Below, piece by piece: positions 31,036-48,012 of a stretch of 64,000 nt of DNA. This DNA comes from the human T2T-CHM13v2.0 reference genome, Homo sapiens. The notes beneath the pieces were generated by a model. It had not been told where the DNA came from. It saw only the letters and a list, made by a program, of their open reading frames with translations, and ran no database searches. Positions within the stretch are counted from its first letter, which is position 1, and every line of letters begins with the position of its first letter. The DNA lies in NCBI RefSeq assembly GCF_009914755.1, contig NC_060938.1. One strand, written 5' to 3'. The position numbers and the translations under genes are program-made.

Positions 31036-32318
31036 TTAAATAAACTTTTAAAGCTAAGAGAATTTGCCAAAGTGTGCACAATCATTTTGTAGGTAAAATT
31101 CTTGAAGATTGTCACATCATTCCTTCAGTTTTACAGTGGACTGTGGTATACCAATTCAACAAAAGGTAATTATAAGGGTCTTTTACATATTGTAAAACTG
31201 GATGTAATTGACTTGTGAATAGGCACTATTTATTCCATTTCCTGACGCTAACAACATTAAGGTTTTAAAATAAAATAATTGGGAAAGAAGGTAGATCAGG
31301 TATTATTCTGTGAACAGAGATATACCTAACCAACAGATTTGTATTGTCCTTTGACATAATTGAAATGTAACACATGTACTTTGTGTGTCTTCTCTTAATT
31401 TAAGGCAGGGCTAAAGGAGTGTTTTCTCTTGTTATCGTGTATGTAATTCTATATTGCTTAGGATATTAAAGTAGAACACTCAAGTGTGAGTTTTGGTGTA
31501 TTGAGGATTTGTTTGGATTTCAAATTATGGTTGTATACTGGATGTTACAGACTTATAACAGCATAATGAACGGTAAGACTAGTGCAAAACATTTATTTTT
31601 GAAAATTAAAGGCCATTATTGCTGCCAAATCAATGTGATTGTTTTAACTTTAAACAAAGTGTCATTAGTGATCAGTTAGCTGTCTTCTGCTTTTCATTTT
31701 TCAAGTGGATTGTTCTCTTAATTTATATACAAACTTTTTGTCTAAATTTTACATAGTCTTTTATAATAAACCATTCTCCTGTATGAAATTTGGGATAGTG
31801 TTAAAATACAACTAATGTGGACTTAAATGCAGACTTCACAATTTTCTAATCTTCACCCTGTGGTGAAATAACACAAACCATTTGAATTTTAACATTAATT
31901 ATTTATTTGTGTAATGGCTTTACATGTGAATATTAGTAGTGTAAACATACCACATATAACCACCAAGATATCTTAATTAGAATTTATAGGACTAGAATGA
32001 TAGGACTAGATTCATATGGCTTAATTACATTTTTAACAATTTCTGAAAAAACTTTGCCAAGAAAATATTACTCATTAAAAAATTAGCAAATTGAGTCTAA
32101 CAATGTTCAAGTGGGATTTATCTCAGGTATGCAAGGTTGGTTCAACACTTGAAAATCAATTAATGTAACTCATCACAACAGATAAAAGGGGAAAAATCAT
32201 AAGATCATATCAATAGATGCAAAAAAAAGTGATAAAATCTATCATCAATTCATGATAAAAGCTCTTAGCAAATGAGGAATAAGGGGGAACATCTACAACT
32301 TGATAAAGAACAGCTATA

Positions 32319-32449
32319 AGCCAGGTGTGGTGGTGTGTGCTTGTAGTCCCACCCACTCGGGATCAATTGAGCCTGGGAGGTGGAGGTTGCTGTGAGCAGA
32401 GATCATACCACTGCTCTCTAATGTGGGTGACAGAGTGAGACCCTTGTCT

Positions 32450-32480
<31 letters not shown>

Positions 32481-32481
32481 C
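32319..32481 (+). mobile_element. Alu right monomer (FRAM/AluJ-like) with (CA)n tail
   Basis: gccaggtgtggtggtgtgtgcttgtagtccc...gagtgagacc followed by (AC)n. Confidence 0.8.
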
Positions 32482-33212
32482 ACAGCTACAAAAAACTTAT
32501 AGCTAACAACATACTTATGGTGAGAAACTTATTGTCAAAGGATAGACAAAGAGATCATGGGCAAGAATAGAAAGCCCAGAAATAGACCCACATAAATATA
32601 GTCAAAAGGAGCAAAGGCAAGACAATGGAGCTGTTAGGATTATTAGTTTAATATCCTAAATTAAATATCCTATAATACAATATAAAGACAGTCTTTATAA
32701 GAAATGATGCTGGAGCAACTGGACACCTACATGGATAAAAATTAATCTAGACCGAGATTTTATATCCTTTACAAAAATTAACTCAAGATGGATAATTTAA
32801 AGTGCAAAACTATAAAACTCCTAGAAGATAACATAGGAGAAAATTTAGATGACCTTTGGTATGACACTGACTTTTTAGATTCAACCAAAGACATGACCCA
32901 TTAAAGAAGTAATTGATAAGGTGAATTTCATTAAAATTAAAAACTCTTTCAAGAGATAATGTCAAGAGAATAAGAAGCCCAGGAGAAAATATTTGCAAAA
33001 GACACATCTGATTAAAAAAAACCCACTATTGTCCAAAATATACAAAGAACTCTTAAAACTCAACAATAAGCAAATGAACAACCCAATTAAAAAATGGGCA
33101 GAAGCCCTATACAGATACCTGTCCAAAGGAGATGTACAGAGATGGCAAGTAAGCATATGAAAAGATGTTCAATATCATGTTATCAGGAAAATGCAAATGA
33201 AAATGACACTGA

Positions 33213-34093
<881 letters not shown>

Positions 34094-35416
34094 TGGTACT
34101 TTTTTATAAAACCAAACATACTCTTACCATATGATCCAGCAATCATACTCATTGATGTTTGCCCAAATAAACTGAAAACTCAGGTCCACACAAAAACCTG
34201 CACATGGATGTTTACAGCAGCTTTATTCATAATTGCCAAAATTTGAAAGCAACTGAGATATCCTCCCGTAGGTGAATGGATAAACTGTGGTACATCCAGA
34301 CAATGGAATATTACTCAATGCTTTAAAAAATAAAAAGAACCATGAAAAGACACGAAGGAAATGCATAAATGCATAATACTGAGTGAAAGAAGCCAGTATG
34401 AAAAGGCTACATACTGTATGATTCCGACTATATGACATTTTGGAAGAACGTAAAAACTATGAGACAAAACTACAGAGACAGTGAAAAAGATCAGTGGTTT
34501 TCAGGGGCTATGGGGAGGGAGGGATGAACAGGCAAAGCACAGAGGATTTTTAGGGCAGTGAAACTATTCTGTATGATACTACAATGGTGAGTTCATGTCA
34601 TTAAAAATTTGTCAAAACTCAAAGAATGAACAAACCAAGAGTGAACCCTGATGTAAACTATGGACTTTAGTGATAATGATGTATCAATGTAGGTTCATTA
34701 ATTTTAACAAGTGTACTACTCTGGTATGGGATGTTGGTAGTGGAGATTGGGTCGGGGATGGGGGGGTGTATGGGAATTCTTCTGCACTTTCACTCAGTTT
34801 TGCTGTGATCCTAAAACTCCTCTGAAAAATGAAGTTTTTTTTTTTAATCCTATACTTTATTTTAGTGAAAAGCCAGGGTAGATACATGCCATCTTTGCCA
34901 GTTAGTTTCCCTGGCCAGGCTACATGGCTCTCAGAGAAATTCTTGGAACCACACTGGTACCTGACCTTATTTGACTTGGATACCATATCAGATGTCTAAG
35001 GTAGCATCTTCATGCTTTATTGAGGAATGCAGAAAATGAAAAAATATCTTTCTTGCTAAAACAAATAAATAATGCACCCAGCATTTACTCTTATCAACTT
35101 AACATAGAACAGTTGTTCCAACAATTCAACTTCTAATAATTTAGTATGATAAAATAAGCATTTAAAGATGTTGAGTACAGCATTATTTATAATAGTAAAA
35201 ACAGGAGTCAATTTAAATATTAACCAGTAGGGAATCAGCTATATAAAACAAAGTGAATATATACTACTCGACAAAGAAAAATGTTGAAGCGGATCATATT
35301 TATTGGCATATAAAGCTGTCCACACCACGCTATTGCAGGAAAATAACAGGTTAAAAACCATATTGATAACTGTGTGTGTTCATAAGTAGTATCTCTAGGT
35401 GGTAAGATTTGGAGCG

Positions 35417-36025
35417 TGTGCCAGTTATCAATGTATTTCCTCTCAGCTCCCAATTCATCCTTCATTACTTGCTCTCCAAAAATGGAGCTGATCTCTTTCT
35501 ACATTTTCCCTTTGCCAGCTGGCACATATGTTAAGATTTGTCAGTACGGGGAGCTGGAGTTGGGAGCCAGAGTTACCTTGCAGAAGGACTGGGTTTTCCT
35601 CCCTGGTTCCAGTGTGCCATCTTGGCAAGGCTCCTATGGCCAGACATTTCTCAAACACCCTGACCTGTCAGTTGGTTTTGTAGCAGGATGTCTCTGGTGA
35701 GTCACCTGCCAGTGAACAGTGTTCCCTAGCATCCTAGAGAACAGATTTTAAGCAAGTTTTAACATCACAGCAGCACAGCAGCACAGTAGCATGGTAACTT
35801 CCCTGCCAGCTACTAAACCACAGCTGTACCATCTCCAACATCTAGATCTGAGCTCTGAGAGGGCTTCTTCCTGGGTAATTGATCTCAGACGTAGGGGTTG
35901 TGGCTGCTCATACCTGCCATTCTCAGATTCTTTGGCATTCTGTTTACTTTTAACTAGCCAACTCCTTGTTTCTCTGTTGCCCTGTTACAGTCAATAATTC
36001 TTTACATTAAACTTTTCCTGCTCAA
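35417..36025 (+). mobile_element. LTR41-like ERVL LTR
   Basis: tgtgccagttat...cctctcagctcc...tttgccagctggcaca...ttaagatttgtcagta; 3' aataattctttacattaaac. Confidence 0.7.
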
Positions 36026-36059
36026 AAAGAAAAAAATATATAGATAAAATTACCTATAA

Positions 36060-36405
<346 letters not shown>

Positions 36406-36679
36406 GTACTTTAAGTCTTTTTTTCTTATGAATGTGTGTGCATTTATTGTGTATGTATGTAAATACATAGAAAAACACATATCTATATACATACATACTA
36501 TTTTAAGAAAAGGTAAATCACATTATACAGTTTTGTGAGCTTTTCTGCATCAATATTTGGAATGGTTGCATAGCACTTCACTTGGTATATATACCTTAAA
36601 TTGTTTATATTTCCTTCTAGTTTGGGATTATTTCCAATGTTATGTTATTATAAACAGTGCTCCATGAACATCTTTATGC

Positions 36680-37145
36680 CAGATCTCTCTTGTTCATTCC
36701 TCCATATCCACTTTCTACCCTTTTCCTTCTTTCTCTCGGCTCTACTCTTCTTCAGGGATTACATTAACTGGTTCCTTTGCCCTCTGACTTCCGGTCAGCT
36801 TCAGGCAATACCTCTCCCCAGCAGGAGATTGGAGGGAGGAGGGCGAGATCAGAGTGTCAGTCCCCTGGTTCTTTCCTTATGAGGGCTCCTAGAGCTGGCT
36901 GTACTCCTCGACTGAAGAGCACTCTTCTCAAGGTGGCCACCTCCATACAATACTTCCTTCCCAGTTCTCAGAACCCATCCCTTTCTTTTGGGCCTAAGGG
37001 TGGCAATAGCTTTGCTGCTGCTGCTAGCCCTGGGCACCTGCACTATCCCTTGCAGTTTTTCTACAACTCCTCCACATCTTTATGAATGAACACCACTCTA
37101 ATTATCTTGGTTTGAATGTGCTAGTTATTTTCTGACTGATACAAC
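36680..37145 (+). mobile_element. LTR16-family-like ERVL LTR
   Basis: tgccctctgacttccgg...cagcaggagattggaggg...ctgactgataca. Confidence 0.55.
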
Positions 37146-37330
37146 CATTGCACCTAAATGTTTATGTATGTCTTTAATTATCTTCTTCAAGTAAATTTCT
37201 AGATGGAGAATTTGCTTGAACATTGGGTACACTTGTTTTTAAGATGTGTAACACATGCATTGGCATTCATTTTAGATGGACTGTCTACAGTCTTGGTGAT
37301 ACAGAGAGTCACCCTTAAAAAATGTGCCTG

Positions 37331-37627
<297 letters not shown>

Positions 37628-39477
37628 GTAACTGTTCTCTGTAGCCAACCAGATGAGACTATACCTAAACATTTAGTGAGGATGAAGAAATTGGCAGGAA
37701 TGCAGCCTACCATTTACTTTGATCCTTGAAAATTTCTGGAAAGCTCTAATATTGCTGAGCTTTTTAATAAACCTATTCTGTGACGGAGTATTACTGGGAT
37801 TCAGTTAGAAATTGGACTAAAGAAAGGAAATCTAATCAGTTGATGTTGGTTTATAGGGTGAATAAGTAAGACTTCCACATGTCAGTTGTTATCTAGGCTT
37901 CAGAGCTATCATTCATCAAATTTCTAACACAGGTAGCCATGTTCCCAAATTTGTCTTTAGTTTTCAATTTAAGGAGAGAAAGTCTTGATGAAGATTTCTT
38001 ATATTTGAGCTTTTCTAAGACAGTGAAAAATTTAAAGCAGGTGTGGCAACTATGAATGTTTTCTGCGAACTTGGGAGGTACATGAAATATTGCACCTTTT
38101 ATAGGTTGAACAACATCAATTTGATGTTTTTGCATGTCAAAAATTGTCAGATATCAGCAATTTTATATGCTTTACCCTAGTGATTTTCTCTAAATCAATT
38201 TAATTCCATTTTGAACTTTTATCTTACCATATTGGCATAAAGTTAAGCTTAGTCATTTGCAAGATTTCTCCATACCTCCACCTTCTTCTGTCCCTATTCT
38301 CCCTTCAACCTCCCCCTTGCGTGGAAATACCTCAAAGTTCCAGATAGAAGAGGATTAGGGGAAGGGGCCAACATCTGCTTGAATTCACACTGTCTCTTTC
38401 ACTGACCCCTGTCTGCCTCTGTTCTTTCTGTGCTGTTCTGGGAGCATGGGAGCCTCAAGACAGGCTGCCTAAGGATCAGCACTGGTCAGTGGTTTCTTCT
38501 CTGGGGTCTTACTGCCTCCATAATAAGTACAACCAAGAGTGCAAAAGGATTTCCAGATGACCATGCCAAAGCTTACCGTAAAGCAAATGGATCACTGTAC
38601 ATAATGCCCAGAATATCATAGGCACTCAGTAAGTATTGATTAAAGGAATAAATAAATGATCTGAAGTGGTCAATCTAAGCACAATAAGCAGTGAGTGGAA
38701 AAATAGCAATAGCAAACACTCATAGGGCTTTTAATGTGACAGGCATTGTTCTACATGCTTTACATACATTAACTCATGCAGTCCCCAAAATGACTCTTGG
38801 AGGTATGCAACAGAGCAGAGCTAAAGTAACTTCTCAGGTTGCTGGAAGGCCCCTGTAGTCTGACTCAAGAGCCTGTATTATATTTAAGCACTAGTTCATA
38901 TGGCAGCTCAGACATAGACTCAAGGATGATTTCTAACTTCGTAGACAAAGAGCTGGGCCTTAGATGTCCTTAGATATTGCAAGTTGACTTCACACAAGGT
39001 TTCACCAGCGGCATTTATCCATGGTGCTTAAGAGCACTAACAAATTCCAGGCAACATCCTGGCATGCAGCCAGCCCACTGGCATTCCTGTCTGGCACACT
39101 TTGCAGGACTGGTCATGTGAGAAAGACAGCTAACAGCAACAATTGCTGGGTGATGAATAGCCAGAAGGAGGGCAGCTTGAAGCATGACAGGGACAAGGAA
39201 TGCAATCAGGAAAGGCTGACCTGGAACTTGGAGCGGGGGTAAGTTAGGCTGTGATGGATGGAAGGCAGCAGCTGCATGTACAGCATGCTGGCAGGCACAG
39301 TCTGAGAAACACTGCTTAATTTGAATCGAATGGGCAGCTTAAGAGGCAGAGAGGCAAGCAGTGACCAAAGCCACAAACCGAAACACAAACCTTTCATTAA
39401 TCTTTCCAACCATACTCACACTCTTGGCAACACAACTTTTCAATGAGTTGAACATAACTCATTGTTGTTCCGCATCA

Positions 39478-39895
<418 letters not shown>

Positions 39896-41109
39896 TAAGA
39901 TCTAATGAGAACATCTGAGCCAATCTCTGGACAAAGGTTCCTATTTAACTTTTTGAAATGAAAGTTCTGGAGTACACCGAGGTGCTCATGAGTAGGCACA
40001 GAGTATTGTTGGTTCTCCTTTATTTCACATCTCAAAGTCATGGGCTCCTTCTCTTATTTTCCTCTCTCCCCACTGTGCTTGTGGCTTTTGCATCTCAGCC
40101 TGGGTGAGAGCTCTGGGATTCTGGTGGCCAGGAGACTCAACCCGGCAGAAACAGATCTGTAACCGTCAGTGTGATGCTGGGTTTTATGTTGTTGTGGATC
40201 CATTTGCCCATCTTGCAAGAGGAAGACACTTTGTGGGTCAGTGACTTTTGATTCCAGTGACTTTTGATTCTCCACAAATGAGATGTAAAAGTGATGATTA
40301 AAGGTAAGAAGAAGAATCTTATTCAACTTTAAAACTTCCTAAGGATCTTCATAAAGTCAATCTCTGAAACAAAAGTGTAATTCAACTCATAGTAGCTTCA
40401 CATTTACAAAAGCAATTCCAGATCCAAGTGTAAAAGATTTGTAATTTCCTTTCTAAATAAGGTCATATGAGCTCTTAGATGATTTACTATGGGTCTAGTA
40501 ATTTATATAATCATACCACTGTAGACCTGGAAGAAATTTCAGAGATGATCTAGTAAAATCCTTTGGTTTAGAAAAGATGATAATGGATAGAGGGATTAAT
40601 GGACTCATCCAACGTCACGCATCTGAGGAGCGGAAAAAACCAGTGATGCGGGAACATCTTTCCCCAGTTCCTAGTTGCAGCTGACCATACTCCTGGTCCC
40701 TTTCTGTCCCTGGGGTGTCAAAGTGACTTGCCCTGGCTTGCTTGCTTCAGCTTTATCTCCTTCCTCTTTCCCTCCAGGGACTCTGCCTCTAAGGATGATG
40801 TCTGCCTTGGCCTGCCATGCCTGGAATTCCAATTCATCTTTACTGGTTCTAAAGGTGATACTTTGGCCTCAGTGTGCTTCACATTTGCTTTTTATTTCTC
40901 AAATTGTTCAGAATCCAGGCTGGGAAGAGGAATGCTATAATGAGGTTCCCCTAGAGACTTCAATACCTCACGGAGTCTTTACTCCCAAATCTCCTTTCAT
41001 TACAATTCACTGCTCTCTGCAAAGCTTCAGAAGGAAAATAGCAGAGGTCGTCCTATCAGAGTATAAGCAGAATTTGTCTTCTTTCTTCTTCATATTCCCT
41101 TCAGTGTCA

Positions 41110-41551
<442 letters not shown>

Positions 41552-41849
41552 TTAACCACATGATTATGATAGCTGCATTCTCTCGTAAATCTATTTCACT
41601 TACTCTTTGCAATAGCCCTGAGTGGTAACTTTCATTCCCCTCCTTTTTACATATGAGGAACTTGAGTTCCAGAGATGTCAGCAAAGCGGCCCAAGGTTGT
41701 ACAACAATTGGGCTCAGAGCTTGGTTTTGAGCCCTGGTAGGTCAGATTCCTGTGCATTTTATACAGCACCTGGCTGATTCCAGTAAAGGAGAGCCCAGGC
41801 TCTGTTATGAAGATGAGATGCATTTCACTCAGCTGCTTGCTACAGTGCT

Positions 41850-42395
41850 CGTCTGTACTTGATGGCGGCCTGGTGTCTGTTCTCTCTTTCTCTGGTAACA
41901 TTACTCCAGTTTTCCTTTGGGCAATAACCTCTTTCCCACTTTTAGTCCATATGACACAGAAGGGAGCTGACCCCATCACTGGCTTCAGGAGTACGTATGT
42001 AGTTGGAGCCTCAGAAACTGACATAGTCCTTCCTCCTAAAACCACAGTGGTTTTTCAGAGGTCGGCATGTGACCAAAGCTCAACCAAATTCAAATCAACC
42101 CCAGACTTTTGCTAGAACTATTGGAAAGAGATCTCCCCCTTTAGCTAGGGTTACTAATCTCATAGGGTGAAAGCCTAAATCTATTGGTGGAAACTCCCAA
42201 AGAAAGCCTTCCAGAGAATGACGCTGACAGAGGAAAGCAGGGCCATGGGTGGGAGCAAGAGTGAGGGATTCCTGAGTCTCTGGATCTTGCTGTGCCTGAA
42301 GCCAAACTCTCCTTGGACTTTTCTGTGACATCAAGCAATAAATTAGTCCCTTCTTTGTTCAAGGAATTTGAGTTTTGTTTCTGTCATCGCTGAGA
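41850..42395 (+). mobile_element. Old MLT1 (J/K-like) LTR
   Basis: gctgtgcctgaagcc...ggacttttctgtgacatcaagcaataaatt...gttttgtttctgtca. Confidence 0.55.
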
Positions 42396-42879
42396 CAGTC
42401 CTTCCTTGGTTCTACTGTAAATGGACATTTGACTAATATTAAGTGGCATAGTTATTCACTCTAAGCTTTACTTTTGTTTATTCTGTTAGTCAAGAATACA
42501 CTACCTAAGGTCTCCTTTTTAATTACACAATATGGGTTGAAAATTTGTTTGACCTGGGGGAGTAAATTCTAGTCAATTAAACTATTTACTGAACACTCAC
42601 TATGTTCAAGAAACTACTAAGTCATGGAGAGAAAAAAAGATGAACATGACTGTTTTAGGGCACAGGTAGGTCATTGAGCCCAATCGGATGACCATGAATT
42701 AATACTGCAGCAGCTGATTCCAATTAAGTAGTAGACTCCCCCACCCACCAAGCTCTGTTCCGAAGGTGAGATGCAGTTTATTTAGTTGCATGCTGTGGTA
42801 CTCACCTGTTGTTTTGGGAAGGCTTGCATCCATTTCCTCTTCTTTTGGTGATGGTGCCCCAGGCATAAATCAATTTGTC

Positions 42880-43105
42880 TCTATAGGCAAATCAATAGAG
42901 ACAGAAAGTAGATTAGTCATTTCCAAGTAAGGAGACTGGGGTAAAATGAGGATTGACTGCTAATAGGTATGAGATTTCTTTTTGTGATAATAAAAATATT
43001 CATAAATTGTGGTGATGGTTGCACAACTCATACTAAAATCATTGGATTGTACACTTCAAAAGGGGTGAATTGTATGGTTTGTGAATTATATCTCAATTAA
43101 GCACA
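42880..43105 (+). mobile_element. L1MB-like 3' end
   Basis: ataggcaaatcaatagagacagaaagtagattagt...gtgaattatatctcaat. Confidence 0.75.
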
Positions 43106-43198
43106 CATGTGTGTAGTAGTCTCATTGTCTGTGGAGGATACAATTCAAGACTTCCAGTGGACACCTGAAACTGCAAATAGTATTAAACCCTATATATA

Positions 43199-43955
<757 letters not shown>

Positions 43956-45299
43956 AACTATGTTTTTTCAATCTATTAACCAAGATAGCTACTAAGTGAC
44001 GAACAGGTGAGGAGTGTATGTGGTGTGGATATGCTGGACAAAGAGATGATTCACATCTTGGGTGAGATGAAGCTGGATGGCATGAGATTTCATAATGCTA
44101 CTTAGAATGGGGCATGCAATTTAAAACTTATGAATTGTTCATTTCTGGAATTTTCCATTAATATTTCCCAACTGCACATAACTGAAAATGTGGAAAGTGA
44201 AACCATGGATAAGGAGGGACTACTGTATATGGAATTATCAGTAAAGGAATAATAACAATATATTAATTTTTAAAAATTTTGTTTTATCCTAAAACATATC
44301 AATGTGATTTATTCTCCAAAGGTATGATGTAGGGCCAAGATTTCTTTGGGCATAGGTTTGCTGATTGTAGTTCTACATTTGTCTTTCTGGCATAAACCTG
44401 CTTATAAAGCATTATCTATGATTTTCTTTATATTTTCTTTTTTGCTTCCCATACCCCACAGACCCAATGTTATTCTTTACATTTTCTTAAGAGAGGGATG
44501 AGAAATTAAAGATATTTGCGAAGTCACTGCAAAGTCTTCTGGATTTTTTGAAAGTTTTTGCAATCTTTTGTAGTTATCTCACCCACAACTAATTTTTTAT
44601 AACAGCTTTATTAAGATAAAACTCACATACCATAAAATCCACTCCTTTAAACTATACAGTTGAGTGATTTTCATATATTCAGAGTTATATACACACCTAA
44701 TTTGACATGAAAGTTTCTAGCTATTTGCTTTTACCAACTCTTTGCAAAGTAATTCATATAGTTTTAATGAACAGTTCTTTTTTTGTACTCAGTATTTGAC
44801 CAAATTATGAAAATACAGTAACAGATATCTGACATGAACAGGTTTATGAGGAATATCACTGATCTTTGGGAAGCCCACTCAATTGTAGGCATAGAAGTGC
44901 CTGGGGTACTAGTGTAGCCTATACTTAAAAGTGTTTTGTGTTCCATGTACAAAGTCAGTATGGAGCAGAGAGGAGACAGCCATTTCATTTGGAGAATTAG
45001 TTAAGTGGAGGCTAGTTAAGAGAGTTTCTCCTGATGAAGTAAAATGCTTTGGAAGTTCAAAAGAAGAAGAGAGAAAATCTTTCAGCTTTATGGAAAAAGT
45101 GGCTTTGAAATGGGCTTATTAGAATGGATAAAAGGGGTTTTTTTAAAAATGGAAATAATTTTTAAATGAGAAAATACAATGAGCCTCCATATACCTATCA
45201 CCCAACTTCAACATTTACCAACACATGACCAACCTAGTTTCACTTATACCCTTATCTACTTTCCCCACTCTGCCCCTTGGAAAGATGGGTACAATTTTG

Positions 45300-46345
45300 T
45301 TTTTATTTATTACTTTATTTCCAAATTGAAGTATAACTTTGCTATAGCAAAGCACACAAATCTTAGCCATACAGCTCAATAAAATTTTACATATGTATAT
45401 TCCAGTATATAGTACCACCTAGATCAATATATAGAACATTCCCAGCTTATTAGAGGGCTCCTTCATGTCCCCTCCTAGTCAATGCTGCCCCACTTCTAAA
45501 GGTAACTACTATTCTGAACCTCTATCACCACCAATTAGTTTCATCTGTTCTTGAACTTTATCTAAATGGAATGATACAGTATGTGTCCAGCTTCTTTTGC
45601 TCAATGTCATGTCCATGAGATTCATCCATGCTGCTTCATGTAACAGTAGTTTGGTTTTTTTTATTGCTGTATAGTATTTCATTATATGAATACACAATAT
45701 CATTTTTTCATCCATTTTACTGTTGATGAACATACAAGTTGCTTTTAGTTTTTTGCTATGAACCTACCTGTATATGCCTTTTGGTGGATATACACACTAA
45801 TTTCTGCTGGGTGTAAATACTGAAGTGGAATTTCTGGTTCATAGAGTAAACATGTATTTATCTTTAAGTTACTGCAGGTTTCCTCAATTGTTTTTTTTTT
45901 TTTTTGAGATGGAGTCTCGCTCTGTCACCCAGGCTGGAGTGCAGTGGCGAGATCTTGGCTCACTGCAACCTCCGCCTCCCAGCGTCAAGCAGTTCTCTGC
46001 CTCAGCCTCCTGAGTAGCTAGGGTTACAGGCGCCCGGCACTACGCCTGGCTTATTTTTGTATTTTTAGTAGAGACGGGGGTTTTGCCATCTCGGCCAGGC
46101 TGGTCTTGAACTCCTGGCCTCCAGATCCACCTGCCTCGGCCTCCCAAAGTGCTGAGATTACACCTGTAATCTCACACCTGTAATCGGCAGGTGTGAGCCA
46201 CTGCGCCGGGCTCCTCAATTGTTTATACCAATATACACTCCCACCAGTAATGGAAGGCAGTTTAGTTGCTCTACATCCTTACCAACATTTAGGGTTGCCA
46301 GCCTTTTAGCTGGCACTTTATCATGGAGATAAAGTGGTAATCACT
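45300..46345 (-). mobile_element. Old L1 3' region (antisense), split by an Alu
   Basis: cttcttttgctcaatgtcatgtccatgagattcatccatg...; cactcccaccagtaatg. Confidence 0.7.
45892..46212 (-). mobile_element. AluS with a 27-bp internal fold-back insertion
   Basis: TSD tcctcaattgttt. Confidence 0.92.
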
Positions 46346-46458
46346 ACTCTTTTTGTTTTTCATTTTTATTTATTTTAATCAGACACTTATATTTATTATG
46401 TAAGTTCATGATGTCATGAACAGAGACCTAATTTTTTAAAGTCAAGTTTTTTGAGGTG

Positions 46459-46745
46459 TGTGATGGTTAGTTTTATGTGTCAGCATGACTTGGCTATAGC
46501 ACTGTTATTTAATTAAATACTAACCTAGGTGTTGTTGTGGAAGTATTTTGTAGATGTGGTTAACATTATCATTCAGCTGACTACAGGTAAAAGAGATTAC
46601 CCTTAATAACGTGAGTAAGCGTCATCCAGTCAGGTGAAAGGCCTTAGAGCCAAAACTGGTTTCTCAGAGAAGAAACAATTCTGCCTCAAGACTATAGCAG
46701 CAACTCCTGCCTGAGTTTCTAGTCTGCTGGTCTGCCCCAAGATTG
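46459..46745 (+). mobile_element. MLT2-type ERVL LTR fragment
   Basis: tgtgatggttagttttatgtgtca...cctgagtttctagtctgctggtctgccc. Confidence 0.75.
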
Positions 46746-46769
46746 GCTTTTCTTGGGGCCCCTGGGGTC

Positions 46770-47545
46770 TTGATAGGGATTGAATTAAACCTGTAAATCC
46801 CACTGGGGAGAGTTGCCATCTTAACAATATTAAATTTTCCAATCTGTGAACACAGGATGTGTTTCCATTTATTTAGGTCTTTACTTTCTTTCAGCAAATT
46901 TCACAGTTTTCAGTGTACAAGTCTGACATGGTTTGTCTGTGTCCCCACCCAAATCTCATCTCAAATTGTAGCTCCCATAATTCCCGCATGTTGCGGGAGG
47001 GACCCTGTGGGAGATAATTGAATCATGGGGGTGGTTTCCCCCATACTATTCTTGTGGTAGAGAATAAATCACACGAGTTCTGATGGTTTTGTAAGGGGAA
47101 ACCCCTTTCACTTGGCGCTCATTCTCTCGTCTGCTGCTGTGTACGACATGCCTTTTGTCTTCTGCCATGATTGTGAGCCCTCCCAGCCATGTGGAACTGT
47201 AAGTCCATTAAACCTTTTTTATTTTATAAGTTACGCAGTCTCGGGTATGTCTTTACTAGCAGTGTGTCAACAGACTAATATAAAATCTTTCATCTACTTT
47301 GATAAATTTATTCCTAAGTATTTTATTCTTTTGATGCTATCATAAATACATTTTCTTTTTGGATTGTTCATTGCTAGTGTGTAGAAATATATCTGATTTT
47401 TGTACGTTGATTTTGCATCCTGCAAATTTACTGAATTCATTTATTATTTCTAATAATTTTTTGTAGATCCCATAGGACTTTCTATATATAAGTTCATGTT
47501 ACTTGTGAATACTAGTTTTGCTTCCTCCTTTCCAATTTGGACTGC
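46770..47545 (-). mobile_element. L1 ORF2 fragment (antisense), split by THE1
   Basis: ORF 46664..46897 ([26 protein letters not shown]) is L1 ORF2. Confidence 0.8.
46924..47282 (+). mobile_element. THE1 (THE1B/C-like) solo LTR
   Basis: tgacatggttt...tgtgtccccacccaaatctcatct...cagactaata; 5-bp TSD aa(g/a)tc. Confidence 0.92.
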
Positions 47546-48012
47546 TGTCTTCAAGACCACTGCTGAGCTGCAGAGGGGTAGAGAGCAAGGGTAAGAAAAA
47601 TGCCACCAAGCTCTTCTACTGTGTTTCTGTGGCCCTTCTCCTATCTGAGCATTCCCCTTGGACTATCTTCCAGTGTTCTGATTAAAGTTGATTTTGGAAG
47701 CTCTTTTGGTGTTTCTGTGGAGGGACAGGTTCTCAGAGTTTTCTACTTTGCCATTCTTGCTGAGAACATGCCAGCACAATGTCTGTGGGATTCATCATGT
47801 TGTTTGTTTCAGAAATTCATTCTTTTTTTATTGCTGACTGGTATTCTACTGTATTGATGCACTACGATGTATCTGATTGACAGTTATGGGTGTTCATTGT
47901 TTCCAAATTTTGACTATTATGAATAAAGAAGCCCTAAACATTCACCTATAGGTCTCTGTGTGGATATATCCTGTCATTTATCTTTCATTTGCCTAGCAGT
48001 GAGATTGCTGGT

